From Mytilus trossulus (taxonomy: Eukaryota), in the NCBI RefSeq assembly GCF_036588685.1, contig NC_086378.1, positions 55,986,001 to 56,050,000 on the forward strand: 64,000 nt of DNA, written 5' to 3'. The notes beneath the pieces were generated by a model, which worked only from the letters and a program-made list of their open reading frames with translations, searched no databases and was not told the origin of the DNA. This document shows positions 10,989 through 24,190 of the stretch, in pieces (within the stretch, counting starts at the first letter, position 1; each line of letters opens with the position of its first letter). The translations under genes and the position numbers were made by a program.

Positions 10989-13900
10989 GTAAGTTTAATA
11001 ACAAATACATTTTTTTTATTGTTTTTTGTTTGGAAGTTTTTCTTTACTACCATGTAATTGTCATTTCTTTTTATACTTTGAATATTCCTTATGCATCTTA
11101 CGCCTCTCCTTTAAAATAACTTTTGCATTATCTAAGTTTTTTTCATTCAATTAATAGCATTTGATTCTTTCTTTTCGATTATTTCCTTTGTTATTTGTTT
11201 TCATTTCTTTTATATATCACAAATTATTTTAGATGAGGGAAACTTCGATATTAATTGATATTATCCTACCCTTATCATACAGGCAACCCAAATTTAAAGA
11301 ACACAATAGACTTAAATCAATTGTTATCTTATCTATAGTCAAAAGAAAAAGGTAAACACGATATTTCATTAGTTGTTATTGGCTTTTATCTACCTGTCAG
11401 TAAATGCTGGTATTGTTAGAATTTTAACTCGTGTCCTTTGTTCTTTGGATGCCCAAGTTCCCGTCAAAGTCCACTCTGTGTTTATATTTTTTTGTATGTG
11501 TATGCATCAAATGAGTGAAGCCTTTTTCAACTGATTCCTATAGTTTGTTCCTTCGTTGTACTGTTATACCACTGTCCCAGGTTTACAGAGGGTTGTTCGC
11601 TCGCTAATATGGTTAACATCGCCTCATTCTGTAAGTGCCTGTCACAAGTAAGAAGCCTGTAATTCAGTGGTCGTCTTTTGTTGTTGAATAATTGTTTTTC
11701 GGTTATTGTTTTGTACATAAATTTGGCCGTTTGTTTTCTTGTTTGAATCGTTGTACATTTGTCATTTTGGGGCTTCTACGGCTGACTTTGCAGTATGGGC
11801 TTTGCTCATTTTTAAGGCCGTACAGGGACCTATAGTTGTTACTTTCTGTGTCATTTCAGTATCTCATGGAGAGTTGTCTTATTGGTAATCATACCACATC
11901 TTCTTTTTTTAAATATTATTTTGGTATTCGTATCTAGTTATAGGTCAAATTACGGCCTTCAAAACGGAGCATTCGCTCATACCAAACATCGAGCTATAAA
12001 GAGTTCCAAAATTACTAAACACTAAATCGGTACTACACTAGGTTCACGACTGAGTTACGATATATTAGTGTTTCAACTCACTAGCGACATGTTTTTTCGG
12101 TCTTTGATACCTTGATTGAAAATGTTACCGATTATGTCTTATTTACTTATTGATTGACTAATTCGATCATCAAAAACATTCTTATACAGGTAAAAACGAT
12201 GATTAACATATACATGTATTCTAATCTATAATATAAAATTAAACAGAGCTAGTAAAATCCAAATGCACGAGTATGTTATCTATTTATTCTCATTATTTTT
12301 GTTTATATCGTTTATATAGCGATCGAAGGTTGACGGGGTCAACTCGACGGTTTATAAGATGGCGTGTAGACTTAAACACAAACTAAACGAAACTACATAC
12401 TATCTAGCACATGCCATCTATACCATTTATAGCACACTTATAATTTGGATAAATGTTTTACATTGTTAAAAATCAAATATTATAATTTTAGGAAAATCGG
12501 TGAACACGAATTTGACAGCTATTGCTCCTCTTAAATTAAAATTTTTATTTCATATGAAAATGATGTTTTAAATCAGATCTTGATAATCTAATTTGGCAAA
12601 AATTGTACCTTTTCACTGACATAAAAGAATCCTGTGTTTTGATTTCCAGAGCTATCAATGCGAGTGATAGAAGGGATCAGCATTATTTCATGAATCATAA
12701 ACGGAGAGGACTTTTTGTAATATTTAATTTTGAAACGATTGGAGACAGAACACCACGCCAAGGATCTGAAAAGGACACTGAACGATTGCAAATATGTTTC
12801 ACAAAACTTGGTTTCCAAACAGAAGTACTTCAGAACTGTACAACTTCGGAAATGAATCAGGAACTTAATAGATGTAAGTTTATTATAAGATTATAATAAA
12901 AAACAATGTGTCAACTTTATATTCTATCACGGCCATGTCTATATACTTACTTTTTATTTAATTTTTAATTATTTAAAACAAAAAGTTTTGTTTTCCTATT
13001 TCCTAGGAAAAATTTAAAGAACACCCTATTATGAAATCTCGTGTCCAAAGCGCTTTTCTAGTTTACCTTAATCAGGAACGCTCAAAACCTGATATTTGAA
13101 ACTCAATGGTGAACAACACCAGGACAAAGGAGAAGCTATACTACTTAGTTCTAGAACAACATTAAAAGAATTAACCTAAATACATCCAATTTACAACTTT
13201 TAACCCTGGTAATACTGAGTGATTGGTGTAAATGTGAGAAAAAATAAATAGATGAATTACTATAAGCAAAGAATTTTTAAAAAATCTACTGTTTGATAAA
13301 TGTCTGTCTCTATTGCCATGGTGACCAAGCAACACACAGTGTGACAATAACATCTTTTTTCCTTAGTGCATGTCATTGGTTTTTTTTGTCAGAGATTTCT
13401 AAAACAGACATCACCTCAGACAGAATTTAAATTTCTGTTTTTATTTAAATTCAATTCAGGACATTTTAATTTGTTGTGTTTTATTGACGAATAATGTAAG
13501 GCTTCTCTAAATTTAAATGCTTATTATTAAACTTGAATAGCGCCATCATTAACTGAAACAAATTTAGAAATAAAACGCATTATTAAATGGTTTTGGTGAT
13601 AGTAACGTTAGGTTGTAATATTGTTTTTTTTATTAATTTTGGTCTTGTTGTGTTGGTTGTATTTAATGTAAATCTTTTCTTGTTAACGTTTTTTTTTTTA
13701 ACTTTTCGATGAACATTTACATACTTGCAGATAACGTGTTCATTTTTAATAAACAATGTCTTCGAAAGTCATGACATCTTCTTATTGGTTCAAAGCAAAC
13801 AAATAAAAATGATTCAACTCATCTAATTATGTTTAATAAAACACGTGTTGTTCCCATATACCACTTCAGGTTCCAGTCAGTTGTTTTATGTGTTCGTTTC

Positions 13901-16900
13901 CCTCACTTGCCTTATGTCGCCTAACTGTACTGCTATGGAATATCTGTTTTACAGACGATCACGGATAATTATCTTAACTGCAATGCCGCCCTCTTTCTAC
14001 GAAAAGGATCCTTCATAGTAAGGTGCCGTAAACGGTGAGGAAATGCTTACCCTTCCGGAGCACCTGATTTCACTCCCGGTTTTTAGTAAAGTTTAGATTG
14101 TTTCTTATTTATAATTATTTATAACTGTTGATGTAAATGTTTTTTTGGTTTTGTGAGTCTTTGTTCACTCCTTGGTTTTGATTGTTATTGTCTTAGACAT
14201 ATCATCGGATTTATACTTACATTTAATTTTATAACACGACTGGTACCACAAGTTGAGCCGGGTCTGTTTATCCTTCCAAAGCATCCGGGATCATTCTTGG
14301 TTTTAATTGAGTTCGTGTTGCTTGATCTTTTATTTTCTATGTTGAGTTTTTTCACTGTTGTTTGTTTTTTAGACTTTCAAATTTTACGTCATTGCGGTTT
14401 CAGTTTATTTACGGCTTAAGAGCTTCAATTTATCTTTGAAATCTTTGCCTTTCTTGTATAATTCAATACTAATTAACACTATGGCTTGAATTATGTTGTA
14501 GTGATGGCAAATAACTATGAAGATTGTGATTGTTTTGGTATGGCTATACTAAGTCATGGAGAAAATGGACAAATATCGACTCAAAATGGATTCATGCGTT
14601 TAGATAAAATTATTAAAAAAGTTAAAAGATGTGAAAGCTTACTTGGAAAACCAAAATTAATCTTTGTCCAGGTAAATCTTTTTTTTTATTTACTTAAACA
14701 GATTCATCAAAGGAAAAATATCAGAACAAAACCATTTTCCTTTTACGATTAGTGTACAAACGAAAACATGCATTATCAGAATAGGAAAAGAAAAAAACTA
14801 TACCCAAATAGTTCACAGAAAACTAAAAACTTAGCAATATTTAGTTGTCTTATATTGTAAAATTGTCTGTATTTTAAACAAACACACTTTTTAATATGAT
14901 AACTTACCAGATTAATGTACAAAACAATAAACAGAAAAAAAACAAATATGTTATACAGCAACTATATCACTACAGGAACCTACGTATCTTAAGGAAGGCA
15001 CTTGACTTTATACAGGCACATACATGATGAGTGGGATTAAACATGTTAAAAGGCATATATCCCTCCCGAACCAAGGACAATAGTGCACCAGTAAAACACC
15101 AAAACATGTGTAATTAGGATCGCAAGTGTTCATCAACATTTGTGACACATTCTCCATTTCCATTCTAAATTTTATCAACGTACAACAAAAATGTTTAGTT
15201 GCGTTTTAATTTATTAATTACAAAATCAATATGTATACCGATCAAAACAATAATCTAAAACCTTACTACAGTATTGCATTGCAAACCTTTTAGAATAAGT
15301 TTATGTAAAGTACCGATAAGTTTACACGGATCATATCTAAATTCACGGCAAGGTATATAACATCACCCTCAAAATTATGATGCAGGATACTCTTTTTATA
15401 TGCTTTCTAAAGGTTCAGGCAACTTTCAGAAACAAGCTGTTAAAATATTGGTGGAACGATTTCTTTATATTTTACCTGCACTAAATAGATTATGTTCATT
15501 TAAATCCAAAAATCAATCCATAAACAAAGGAAGCCAACGAATTGGAATACTGAAGTACATATATAAATCGAATACCTCGAGTTTATTATCATATAACGAA
15601 AGAAAACACATAAATGGTCGTGTTACGCCATATACATTTCTTTAGTTTATTTAGATAATATTGGCATATTAAATATATATTATTTTTACCTCAGAGTTGT
15701 CGAATGGAACACAATTTGAACATTGATGCAGCCGTGATACAGAATATACCAAAGGCATCATTTGAAGCAGATTTACTTGTATCCTTCGCTACAACGAAAG
15801 GTGAAAATATCTAGATTTAAGATGAATGTTAAACAAATTTGAAAAACGGGAAATTTTGGATATACATGTAGTTCTATGTTAGAGGCAAATCAACTTTTTT
15901 CCTGAAAACTAAACAACAGTCTATTTTGAATCTCTTATTCGCCTACGTTGGAAATATTGTTATAAAAAACTTCAGCAAAACTACTAAAAAACCTTCATGT
16001 CTACAAACTCAATACAAGAAAAGATAGTTGAATAGACATTTTTTTCAGTAATGCATACATATTTCTAAAGTACCTTTGCCAAAAATATATATGTTTACAT
16101 TATATATATTTTATTATTTATATGCAGTCTATTCCATCTTACAAATTAAATAAATATGATCAAGTAAAAACAACAAAATTGGTTGGCGATAAAATCACTT
16201 TATAACATTGCCATGAAGCACGAGATTTGAATAGCCACATAACAAGGTTCAATTCCGTTTTTATTAAAATGTGTTGTCTAATATTGTTTTTAGTTGCATT
16301 TTCGTTTTTTTCTATTGCACTTTAGTGTTTCTGGTGTTTACTTCTTATAGTTGATGTGTTTCCCTCAGTTTAAGTTTGTAACCCGGATTTGTTTTGTCTC
16401 AATCGAATTAAGGTAGCAATAAACAGTTAGAAAATAATATCAAAATTTGCCCTCATCAATTTTACCATCCCCTTTTCATTGCTTTGTTGCAATATTAAAC
16501 TTACTATTTGTGTCATATATATGCATGTGTATGTAATCAGAATCTACCAAAGACTATATATTCAGTATATAAAACGGTAAAATATAATTTCTTTTGAGTG
16601 TATTCATGGCAACAATCTGCATTTATTTGCACTTAATTTTTGCAAAAAGGTGAGGGAAAGATGTCACATATATCCCCAAAATTTGACTAAAAGTAAAAGT
16701 TCAATCGCTTGAAGTAATACCTTTTCTGAAGCTTTTTACATTTATCTCTGAGTTAATCCAATGAAAATCAGATGTCTTTCGTCTCATTTTTTTGTAAAAT
16801 TGCGTCAAAAACCTCGTGTAGAAAAAAGTGTTGGTAAACATTAGATTAATTTCTGGACCTATGGTTGGTCTAGCTATGAAAATACGGCGAGTCAAACAGA

Positions 16901-19888
16901 AAATAGTCAATAAAACATGTAAACAACCATCTTTGAAGGCTTAATTAGTACTCGGGTGTCTAAAAAAAAACTTTATTACACAACAACTTTCATATTTGAA
17001 AAATCCACCGGGGCCAAAATGCGAAACTAAACTCCTAACTGTGTATTGCTACCTAAAACTTATGAAAAGCGGTATGCTATTGTTGCCTTCATTTCAACAT
17101 TAACATGATTCATTTACGAGTTTAAGCAAATTGAGAGTAGAACATTTGATATTGCTACTTCAAATGCAGTAACTGTTATTATTATATGTTTAAATGGCAA
17201 ATAGTTACCAATGGTACCAAGATTATAAGTCAGTACGCCATAAGACTCATCAGTGACGCTCATATCAAAATATGTATAAAGCCAAACAAGTACAACGTTG
17301 AAAACCACCAAGGATCCCAAATTCTAAAAAGTTGTACCCAATACGACTAAGGTAATCTATAAGAAAACCCTTAGTTTTTTGAAGAAAAAAAATTTTAATT
17401 TTCAGTAGCAGGTATTGAGCATCATAGTTTTGCATTCAGAATATCTAATTTAATATTTATATTGTAAACGATTTAACTCAATTGTCAAAAGTAAAAGCAT
17501 ACATTTTTAAACCAACAAGAAAATAAGTAAAGCCAACATTATCTTAAAATTACATGAAGACGAGAATTATCGACAACCTTAATGACTGCGTTTCTAAGGC
17601 TGATTATTAAGAAATTTCAAAATGCAACAGTATCATTTAAGGAGCATTATATTAAGCTGTCAAATTCATGTTCCTCGAGTATACCCGAATTCACATAATT
17701 ACTTTATAACATACTAAAGTATATATCCAAATTATCAAATAAAATATAATAAAATTTAACCATGTATGGGGTCGATAATATGTATAAGCGTTTATTGTGT
17801 ATTTTAGTCTATATGTCATCTAACTAACTTTCGAAATTACCTCCGAAGACTTCCGATGGTGAAAAATCCGATATAAATAAAGTATATATATATAGATGGA
17901 TATCGAACCCGTGAAATTTATTTCTAATTTTTCTAGTTCCGTTTATTTTCAAATTATAGATTGAAAATATAAAATTATCACTGCTATTACGTGAAACACA
18001 TAAAATTTCTTTGTTATACAGGAAACGTTGCATATCGAATTCCTGATTCTGGATCACCTTATATCCAAAAACTGACAGAAATACTTGAAGATAAGGGCGA
18101 CAAAATAAGTCTTCTCGACTTATTGACGGAAGTAAGTGCAAAGCTCAAAGAGAAGGTACAATCATTGGGTGAGATATATGAACAAGTATCCGTTTTCGAG
18201 TCAACACTCCAGAAAAAGCTGCAGTTTGACAAAGTAAGTACAAACAAAGTTTTTCAAAATATTTCGTAAATAAATAGAATGTTGACGTTTATATTATTAC
18301 TCAGATTCTTGATATTCCTTCAAAAACTAACCTCCTTCGATATGAGAAAAACAAATTTATTTCTTTATTGATATTTTTTTTTCCAAATTTCATAAAAGAT
18401 TGCAAATATCATGGTTAATTAAAACTAACAGTTGTTAAGAAAAATGTTTGTTTGTTTATTAGTACGGAGTACACATTGATATCTCAATTGTGTTAATCGA
18501 CCGTTTACTACACAAACCAAGTCGAATAATTCTAAGAACATTATCAGTAGATTCGGGGTCAATGAGACAGCAAATCAAGAATACAAACTCCATAGACACT
18601 TATCTCCCAATTGATACGATATACCCATGCTTGCATTTTCTATCATGATTTACTTGATAGAGGGTTGCTGGTCACAAGGAAGCTATTAAACCAAGAGTTC
18701 CAAATGGTGAAGTTGAAATCATCCCTTCGTAAATTTTACGGACGCCATAACGAGCTGGTTGACCGTTATGGAATAACCGTTTCACAAATGATATGTTCTT
18801 TACGTCTTAACTACAATCCCCTTTCCTTCCCTATCATGAATGTAACCTAACGATGTAAAGATCGCCATTGAGTTTTGTTATCACCGTGAGCGTGAAGGAG
18901 TCTAAAACTTGTTGAAAATCTTTTGAAATGAATATGCCATACATCAAAACTTGGTGTATAATAAAATTCTACAAATATATATATATATAAAACAAATCTG
19001 CTTTGTTATACCACTGTTCCAGGTTAGGGGAGGGTTTGGATCCCGCTAACATGTTTAACCCCGCCACATTATTTATGTATGTGCCTGTCCCAAGGTAGGA
19101 GCCTGTAATTCAGTGGTTGTCGTTTGTTTATGTGATACATATTTGTTTTTCGTTCATTTTTTTTATATAAATAAGGCCGTTAGTTTTTTCGTTTGAATTG
19201 TTTTACATTGTCTTATCCAGGCCTTTTATCGCTGACTTTGCGGTATGGGCTTTGCTCATTGTTGAAGGCAGTACGATGACCTATAGTTGTTAATGTCTGT
19301 GTCATTTTTGTCTCTTGTGGACAGTTGTCTCATTTGCAATCTTACCTCATCTTCTTTTTTATATTTGAACGTTAAGAATCTATTTTTGGTCGCTTATACA
19401 AATTCAGCTAAATGTTATTTCTCAATATACCTAATAATAATAAGCAGTAATTATTAGACCAAATTTTCAACGTACACATTTTGATGTAAAAATTTCGATT
19501 ATACAATGTAATAAAACATGAACAAAGGAAGCCAGATATTCAGCAGATGTTGTAAACAGCTTTGAACATTAGCAGCACTGTTTGTCGTGTTTGTGTTCTT
19601 TAATGTAGTCGATTGACAAAAACAAACAAACATTGATTTCATGTTGCTATATGAACGGACTGACAGAATAAAAAATACCTAAGTACGAACGTTTAATATG
19701 CAAAAAGTTGTATGCAGACTAATAATATTGATGATTCAGATACTAACAAAAAAATATACATTTTTTCGCTTTAGGTTGTTGCAGTTTATACCGAATATTC
19801 TGATGGAAGAATTGAATATGAAAACAAACTTGATGGAAATATTCAGGAGCAGACTTATCTGAAATCTACTCGTAATTTTAGAAATTAA
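10957..19888 (+). CDS. Caspase-3/7-like cysteine protease (peptidase C14A), short prodomain, 6 coding exons, ~285 aa
   Basis: join(10957..10988,12650..12873,14502..14671,15695..15800,18022..18233,19775..19888) = 858 nt. All introns are GT-AG and phase-compatible. Motifs: YFMNHKRRGLFVIFN, RQGSEKD, CFGMAILSHG (catalytic His), LLGKPKLIFVQ|SCR (catalytic Cys), EADLLVSFATTKG, AYR..SGSPYIQ, STLQKKLQF. Confidence 0.88.
12650..12873 (+). CDS. Caspase-like gene exon 2 (start of p20)
   Basis: ttccag| acceptor and T|gtaagt donor. Encodes HYFMNHKRRGLFVIFNFETIGDRTPRQGSEKDTERLQICFTKLGFQTEV. Confidence 0.92.
14502..14671 (+). CDS. Caspase-like gene exon 3 (SHG catalytic His; GKPKLIFVQ)
   Basis: tgtag| acceptor and CAG|gtaaat donor. 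Encodes DCDCFGMAILSHGENG...CESLLGKPKLIFVQ. Confidence 0.93.
15695..15800 (+). CDS. Caspase-like gene exon 4 (catalytic Cys, linker, start of p10)
   Basis: tttttacctcag| acceptor and AAG|gtgaaa donor. Encodes SCRMEHNLNIDAAVIQNIPKASFEADLLVSFATTK-G. Not present in the ORF track. Confidence 0.88.
16412..17053. mobile_element. MITE with ~19-bp TIRs and TTAA-like flanks (Kolobok-like), in caspase intron 4
   Basis: TTAA|ggtagcaataaacagttag ... ctaactgtgtattgctacc|TAAA. It interrupts another dispersed repeat, which resumes after 17054. Confidence 0.65.
18022..18233 (+). CDS. Caspase-like gene exon 5 (p10); extends to the stop at 18269 if the donor is not used
   Basis: ttatacag| acceptor. Encodes NVAYRIPDSGSPYIQKLTEIL...ESTLQKKLQFDK. 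Donor AAA|gtaagt at 18234. Confidence 0.9.
18597..18850 (+). mobile_element. Penelope-like retroelement RT C-terminal fragment
   Basis: Translation ISQLIRYTHAC..YHDLLDRGLLVTRKLLNQEF...KLKSSLRKFYGRH matches the recalled YISQLIRY.RAC region of invertebrate Penelope-like RTs. An inverted degenerate copy lies at ~54535-54690. Confidence 0.65.
19775..19888 (+). CDS. Caspase-like gene putative terminal exon 6 (37-aa C-terminal extension)
   Basis: Perfect branch point TACTAAC at 19741 and acceptor ttttttcgctttag|. Open phase-0 frame VVAVYTEYSDGRIEYENKLDGNIQEQTYLKSTRNFRN*. AATAAA at 19901. Confidence 0.7.
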   Translation, partial: VVAVYTEYSDGRIEYENKLDGNIQEQTYLKSTRNFRN

Positions 19889-22800
19889 ACATTTCAATTT
19901 AATAAAAAAGAACATTTAAAGTACGGGTATTTATGTACACGTGTATCTGTTGTATTGCTTGTGTGCTGATTTTAATTTAGCAAATAAACCATTTGACTAG
20001 ATGTACAAAATTAAGTTACGCTTTGAATATACGAAGTTCAAAAGGTGTTGTTTTCAATTTTACAGCACAGTGTAGATATCGCTGCTGGTAGACGAGCCAG
20101 TCCCCGAGGCTGTCATAAGTTTAGTAGTAGGTACTTTGGTAGTGGCATGATTTATAACAACTATTTATTAAATTTTACTTTATACGTTTAGATACTATAA
20201 GAAACTAAGTTGAGGTGAGATCGATTTGTCAACTTCAACTACTTTTTGGGGTAAGATACATGTATCTCTACAACTGTTTCGTTTCTAATACATCCTTGGC
20301 TTTCAAATATTCGAATTTGAGCGTTCCAAGTTAAACTTAATGTATTAAATCGTTTCGTACGCATGAAATCTATTTGAAAATATTTACACATCAACTAAAG
20401 ACCTGTCTTTGTAGGATAGTTCATATGCCACAACAATCATTTGATTTGCCCCTAAAAATATGTAATAGTAAGAATACTGATAAAAAACGAATGAACAACG
20501 ACACAACGTTAAAATGTAACACACAGAGAAACAGACTAAACATTAGACAACATCCTATGCGAACAACAAATATGACACCAAAGCCAAATACATTAATTTG
20601 GGATAGATAAGTACCGTGACACGTCTTATAGTAATGTGAATTCACACTCAAAAATTAGAGAAAACAAAGGTCACAACGGGAACATAACGTTATAATGTAA
20701 CACACACAGAAACGAACTATAATATAAGAATGGCCATATTCCTGACTTAGTTCAGGACACTTTTAAAGGAAAAACGGTGGGTTGAACCTGCTTTTGAGGC
20801 ATGTCAAACCGACCTATTTATGGCCATGTGAAATATAACAATAAAATGACAACACAACATCACAGGACTACAATATCAATAAATAGGAGAACGCAATTGA
20901 CAGAGAAACACACGAATAGTAGTTAACAAACGGCAATAAGTTTAAAATTTCAATACGCTAGAAGTGCATTTTGTATACACAAGTACAAAGTTGAACAGCA
21001 TCGAGGACCAAAAGTTCAAAAAAGTTGTGCCAAAAACGGCCAGGGTTTTCTGTTAGGTACCAGAACTTCCCTATTATTTAGGACACTTTATACTTTCGCA
21101 AACAGTATTTTTTATAAAATGACTATACAAAAGATATACATGATAACACCGAAGTATTAACTAATTACAGGAAACAACCGAAATACATTACATAACCCGA
21201 CAAAATGCAACACAATTGATTTTTTCTATGTTGAAAGCAATCAACTATCAAAAATGTTAACGAAAACATGTCGCTTGATAGTTTGTTTCCATAGCAACAT
21301 ATACATGTGTAAAACAACTATTAAAACAAGATTTATTTGTCTGTATCACCTAAGACCCCACATTAAGCTAACACGTCGTTGTCATTTATGAGATAAGAAG
21401 GAAGTGGTGAGTCTTTCCTGTTTTCTTAAAAAAAAATCAAAATAATACAAATTGAATGGTAATTTTTGCAAGTTCAGTTTTTAAATCAAACTTGCTGTTT
21501 TGTGTTAGAGACCCATTGTTTGCCTTGGACTGTTTTATGCTCTATTTTCGCGTTGTTGTCTCTTAGACACACACCCCATTCCAAATCTCATTTTTTTTCT
21601 GCTGCTTTTTTCGTTGTATGTCAATGTCAGCATTGATGTCTTTCTACTGGCACCAGTCTTCTCTATCATATGCATAAAAGGTGTTCCAATATAACAGTTT
21701 ACATACGAAAAAGTTCAAGGGAAAACAATTTAGATATTCCATGAGCCATAAAAGATAAGAGATATATACTAATCCATTATAATGTCCAGTCATCTATAGA
21801 CATTTTTCAACAGAAAACAAACATGACTGGTAAAACAAGAATATCAAACCTTTTAGAGGCATTTAAGTTTGCGCATGTTCAAGCTATAGTTTTCCAAGCA
21901 ATATTTTGTTGACTGGTCTTTGTCTTTATTATCGGTCAGTATTTTCTCCATTTGTACACTCAATAAATTTATTATGACCAAAATAATATAAAAATGAAAA
22001 ATAAAACATAGTTAAACTGGCACTTTTTTAGTTTGTCATACCCTTTTTTTGAAATGAGTTTTTTTTCTGTGCTCAATTTTCATGAGCCTCCTATATAGTA
22101 AGCAGGCCGTTTGATGAGTAGAAACAAACAACACAAAAACCCGATAACCACATTACAAAAGACAACAATTAAGGATTTATCAGTTGGCACAAGCGCATCA
22201 AAATAGTGTGGTTTCAATTAAGAGATTTTAATACAGTTCCTGTTAATGTCCATCAGTGAATTTAAAAAAAAAATCGTCAGATTATGGAACGTTGTCACTG
22301 CAGTTTAAACACTTTTACATTATATAAATACTTCATAACGAGATGATGTTACTTCTTTATGTCCCAGTTAAAGTGGTATTTAAAAGATTGTCCCCATGAT
22401 TAAATCATGCTTTAATTCCACGTGATTATAAAAGTGGAAAAGGTGATCTACAAAGGTATACAATTATACGTACTGTTTCGTTTTAATCCGTACTATAATA
22501 GGCATTTCCGGTAAATAAGTTAAAAAAACATAGTCCTGTATTAGTATATCCATCCTTATATTTGAAAGCTCGTATTTTATCATTGTTTTCTGATAAAGGA
22601 AACTTTGTGAGGTGTCAAGGGGGTATTTCAGTTGATTTTAATGACATTTTTCCAATATGAAAATCACTGCTCCCAATACGTTTGTTAGTCAATATTCGTC
22701 TGTTTGTGATCTCACATGTTACCTCTATTAAAACTTAACGCTTGAAACGTGACAGTGTAACTGGGGATTACAAATGACAACAAAATACATGAAACGTATC

Positions 22801-23809
22801 ATTTCTACACGTACTTAAACGTAGCCTTCCAAACGTGACAGTGTGACTGGGTCTCAATTGATTAGATATTTTTTCCAAGGACACTGTACTTGAATCGACA
22901 TTTTTATACTTAATAGAATTATTTTGTTTCTACTCTATTCATTTTTGGGATTCCCAAAGTAAAATTCTGTAACACTATCATGTTCCAGCAGGATGACACG
23001 TATTACAAACAATTTGAATAAAAACAAAATATAGACAATTATAGACTAAAGCGAGAAATTTAATGACTATACTATTAACTTTACATTGTAAGTAAATGAT
23101 TTAAATATAAACATGTTTGTAGACTAAGTCTAGATATTTATATATGAATTAACGGTAGGGTTACAATTCTCATATCTGCAATAGGAATTTTCTATCCGTA
23201 AGTATTGAACAAGACTTTTATCAATTTTTTTCTAAATTATGCATTTTAATGGTTATATACTGTTTGTTTTTTGTTATTTATTAGTTGGACATGTTTTTTA
23301 AGGCTTACCATAGCCATATATATATATATGTTTATTCGTAACTGTGCAAAGGTTGGAGAATGTCTCACAAAATATGTTCGCCTTTTTATTCTGATCATTT
23401 ATGTTTTTGAAAGGTATTTTAAACTTTTATTTTGTACTTTTTAACTTGTTTTTACCCAGATACATATAAAAGAACCTTAATCTTAATTGTAACTATAGGT
23501 CCTTGGTTGTGTCTTTCCGTAGATGTATTATACTTCACAACCACTGATGTTTGCAATTAGTTGGCTGGAATTGGATATTGATATGGCATAAAATGCCAAC
23601 GCGGTTGTCGAGCTAGTCAAAACATATCTAGACGTAGAGGTGACTGTTGATAAATGTAGTGTTTATCTGTGTCATGGCAGAATAAAACACGTCCTTTAGA
23701 AGTGTCCAGTTTTGTTGAATTTTATTAATTATCGCCCTCCCCTTAGCATATATCACACCATTTTGTTGCTCTTTTATTTTGTATCACGGTTTTGATACGA
23801 GACCAAGCA

Positions 23810-23943
23810 TTATCAGCGAAGTTACAATGTCCGCGAAAAGTTATCAGCGAAGTTACAATGTCCGAGAAAAGTTATCAGCGAAGTTACAATGTCCGAGAAA
23901 AGTTATCAGCGAAGTTACAATGTCCGACAAAAGTTATCAGCGA
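23810..23943 (+). repeat. 31-bp minisatellite, ~4.3 copies (ttatcagcgaagttacaatgtccgagaaaag)
   Basis: tatcagcg recurs at 23811, 23842, 23873, 23904 and 23935 with no spacers. Confidence 0.9.
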
Positions 23944-24033
23944 CTTCACTGAAGAGACGTTATAAAGTTTACTAACGTCATGCGTAAACCTGTCTGAGGT
24001 AGGGAGGAAAGAGCAGTAAAAGAATGATAAACA

Positions 24034-24190
24034 GATAATTGGGTTTCCTTTGAAAAGATATCGTAAAATACCAGCCGCTCGCGATCGACACAATGTGACG
24101 CTCGTTCGCTGTGCTCACTTGTTTAGAGGGTTCACATTGTGGATCATGGCTGATATTCTACGATATCAATGTATAGTAAACCCGATAATC
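24034..24190. repeat. Long imperfect inverted repeat (~60-bp arms), probably a hairpin-type non-autonomous element
   Basis: gataattgggtttcc..gatatcgtaaaataccagcc..gatc..cacaatgtga pairs with tcacattgtggatcatggctgatattctacgatatc..aaacccgataatc. Confidence 0.7.

Noticed and set aside
18611-18850. 79-aa ORF as an additional caspase exon or host gene
   Set aside because: It matches a Penelope-like RT fragment, has a second inverted degenerate copy at ~54535-54690, and lacks suitable splice signals.
23810-23943. CRISPR-like 31-bp repeats (also the 33-bp satellite and the 17-bp subterminal repeats)
   Set aside because: The repeats are head-to-tail with no unique spacers, there are no cas genes, and the context is eukaryotic.
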